This document shows positions 63,377-64,000 of a stretch of DNA of 64,000 bases, piece after piece. The translations under genes and the position numbers were made by a program. This stretch comes from Octopus vulgaris (taxonomy: Eukaryota). Where the stretch lies: NCBI GenBank assembly GCA_951406725.2, contig OX597826.1, forward strand, positions 71,734,001-71,798,000, read 5' to 3'. Below the pieces are notes generated by a model, which did no database searches, was not told the DNA's origin, and was given only the letters and a program-made list of their open reading frames with translations. Each line of letters opens with the position of its first letter. The stretch's first letter is position 1.

Positions 63377-64000
63377 GTGAAGTTCTGCTGGCTGGGAAAC
63401 ATGTAACCTGGATTCTACCTGCTCATTTTGGGGACACACACACATATATGGCGTTAGGAAGGGCATCCAGCTGTAGAAACACTGCCAGATCAGACTGGGC
63501 CTGGTGCAGCCTCCTGGCTTCCCAGACCCCAGTTGAACCGACCAACCCATGCTAGCATGGAAAACGGACGTTAAACGATGATGATGATGATACAGACGTG
63601 TATGTATGTGTATATACATTTACACATGATGGCTGCAATGCAATTTCAAGCAATGTCATTGCTTGATTGTTTTCCTAAACATGAGCAGCTTGGATGTAGT
63701 TTTTTAGTCCTGCTAGGGACTTACATTCTTTTGCACAGATTTAACAATGATGGGTGCTTCTTGCAAATAGATGTCCAGAGGCTTTGCAACACACACTGAC
63801 ACATGCTTTCATTTTATCATAGAACTAGCAGTATCGCCCGGCGTTGCTCGGGTTTGTTTCGGCCCTTTAGATTTGGAATTTTTGAAAAGTAAAAATTTTG
63901 CATTATGTAACTTGTTATTCTCTTTAAGTGAACATTTTTCTGGTTGAAATACACCAAAAAATGGCGACACAGCAATAAAAAAAATCACAAAAAATTGGGA

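Overview
AT-rich, repeat-dense animal genomic DNA; the SINE, microsatellite and LINE content looks like a cephalopod (Octopus-like) genome, which is an inference. There are two protein-coding genes. (1) A minus-strand, 8-coding-exon FANCB (Fanconi anemia group B) orthologue, assembled by hand from splice sites and reading-frame phases: 54251-53247, 41122-40937, 38088-38002, 36697-36569, 34675-34521, 32580-32201, 31053-30810, 3877-3472. It totals 2592 nt (863 aa), with a probable GC-AG intron and a ~27 kb last intron. (2) An intronless 14-3-3 epsilon gene (54457-55242, +), head-to-head with FANCB with 205 bp between the ATGs, possibly a retrogene. The rest is tRNA-derived SINEs (CORE-like, Nin/Deu-like, V-domain), an RTE-type (GAT)n-tailed repeat, CR1/RTE/Gypsy/hAT/Tc1-mariner fossils, MITEs and microsatellites. 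The most unusual signal is a set of minimal type-I hammerhead-ribozyme motifs and long fold-back insertions of the Penelope/retrozyme kind. These include a two-copy element joining a tRNA-like Pol III head to a hammerhead-bearing body. A SINE family also occurs as head-to-tail multimers with an identical junction at four loci. All family assignments come from visual motif recognition; no searches were run, and repeat boundaries are approximate.
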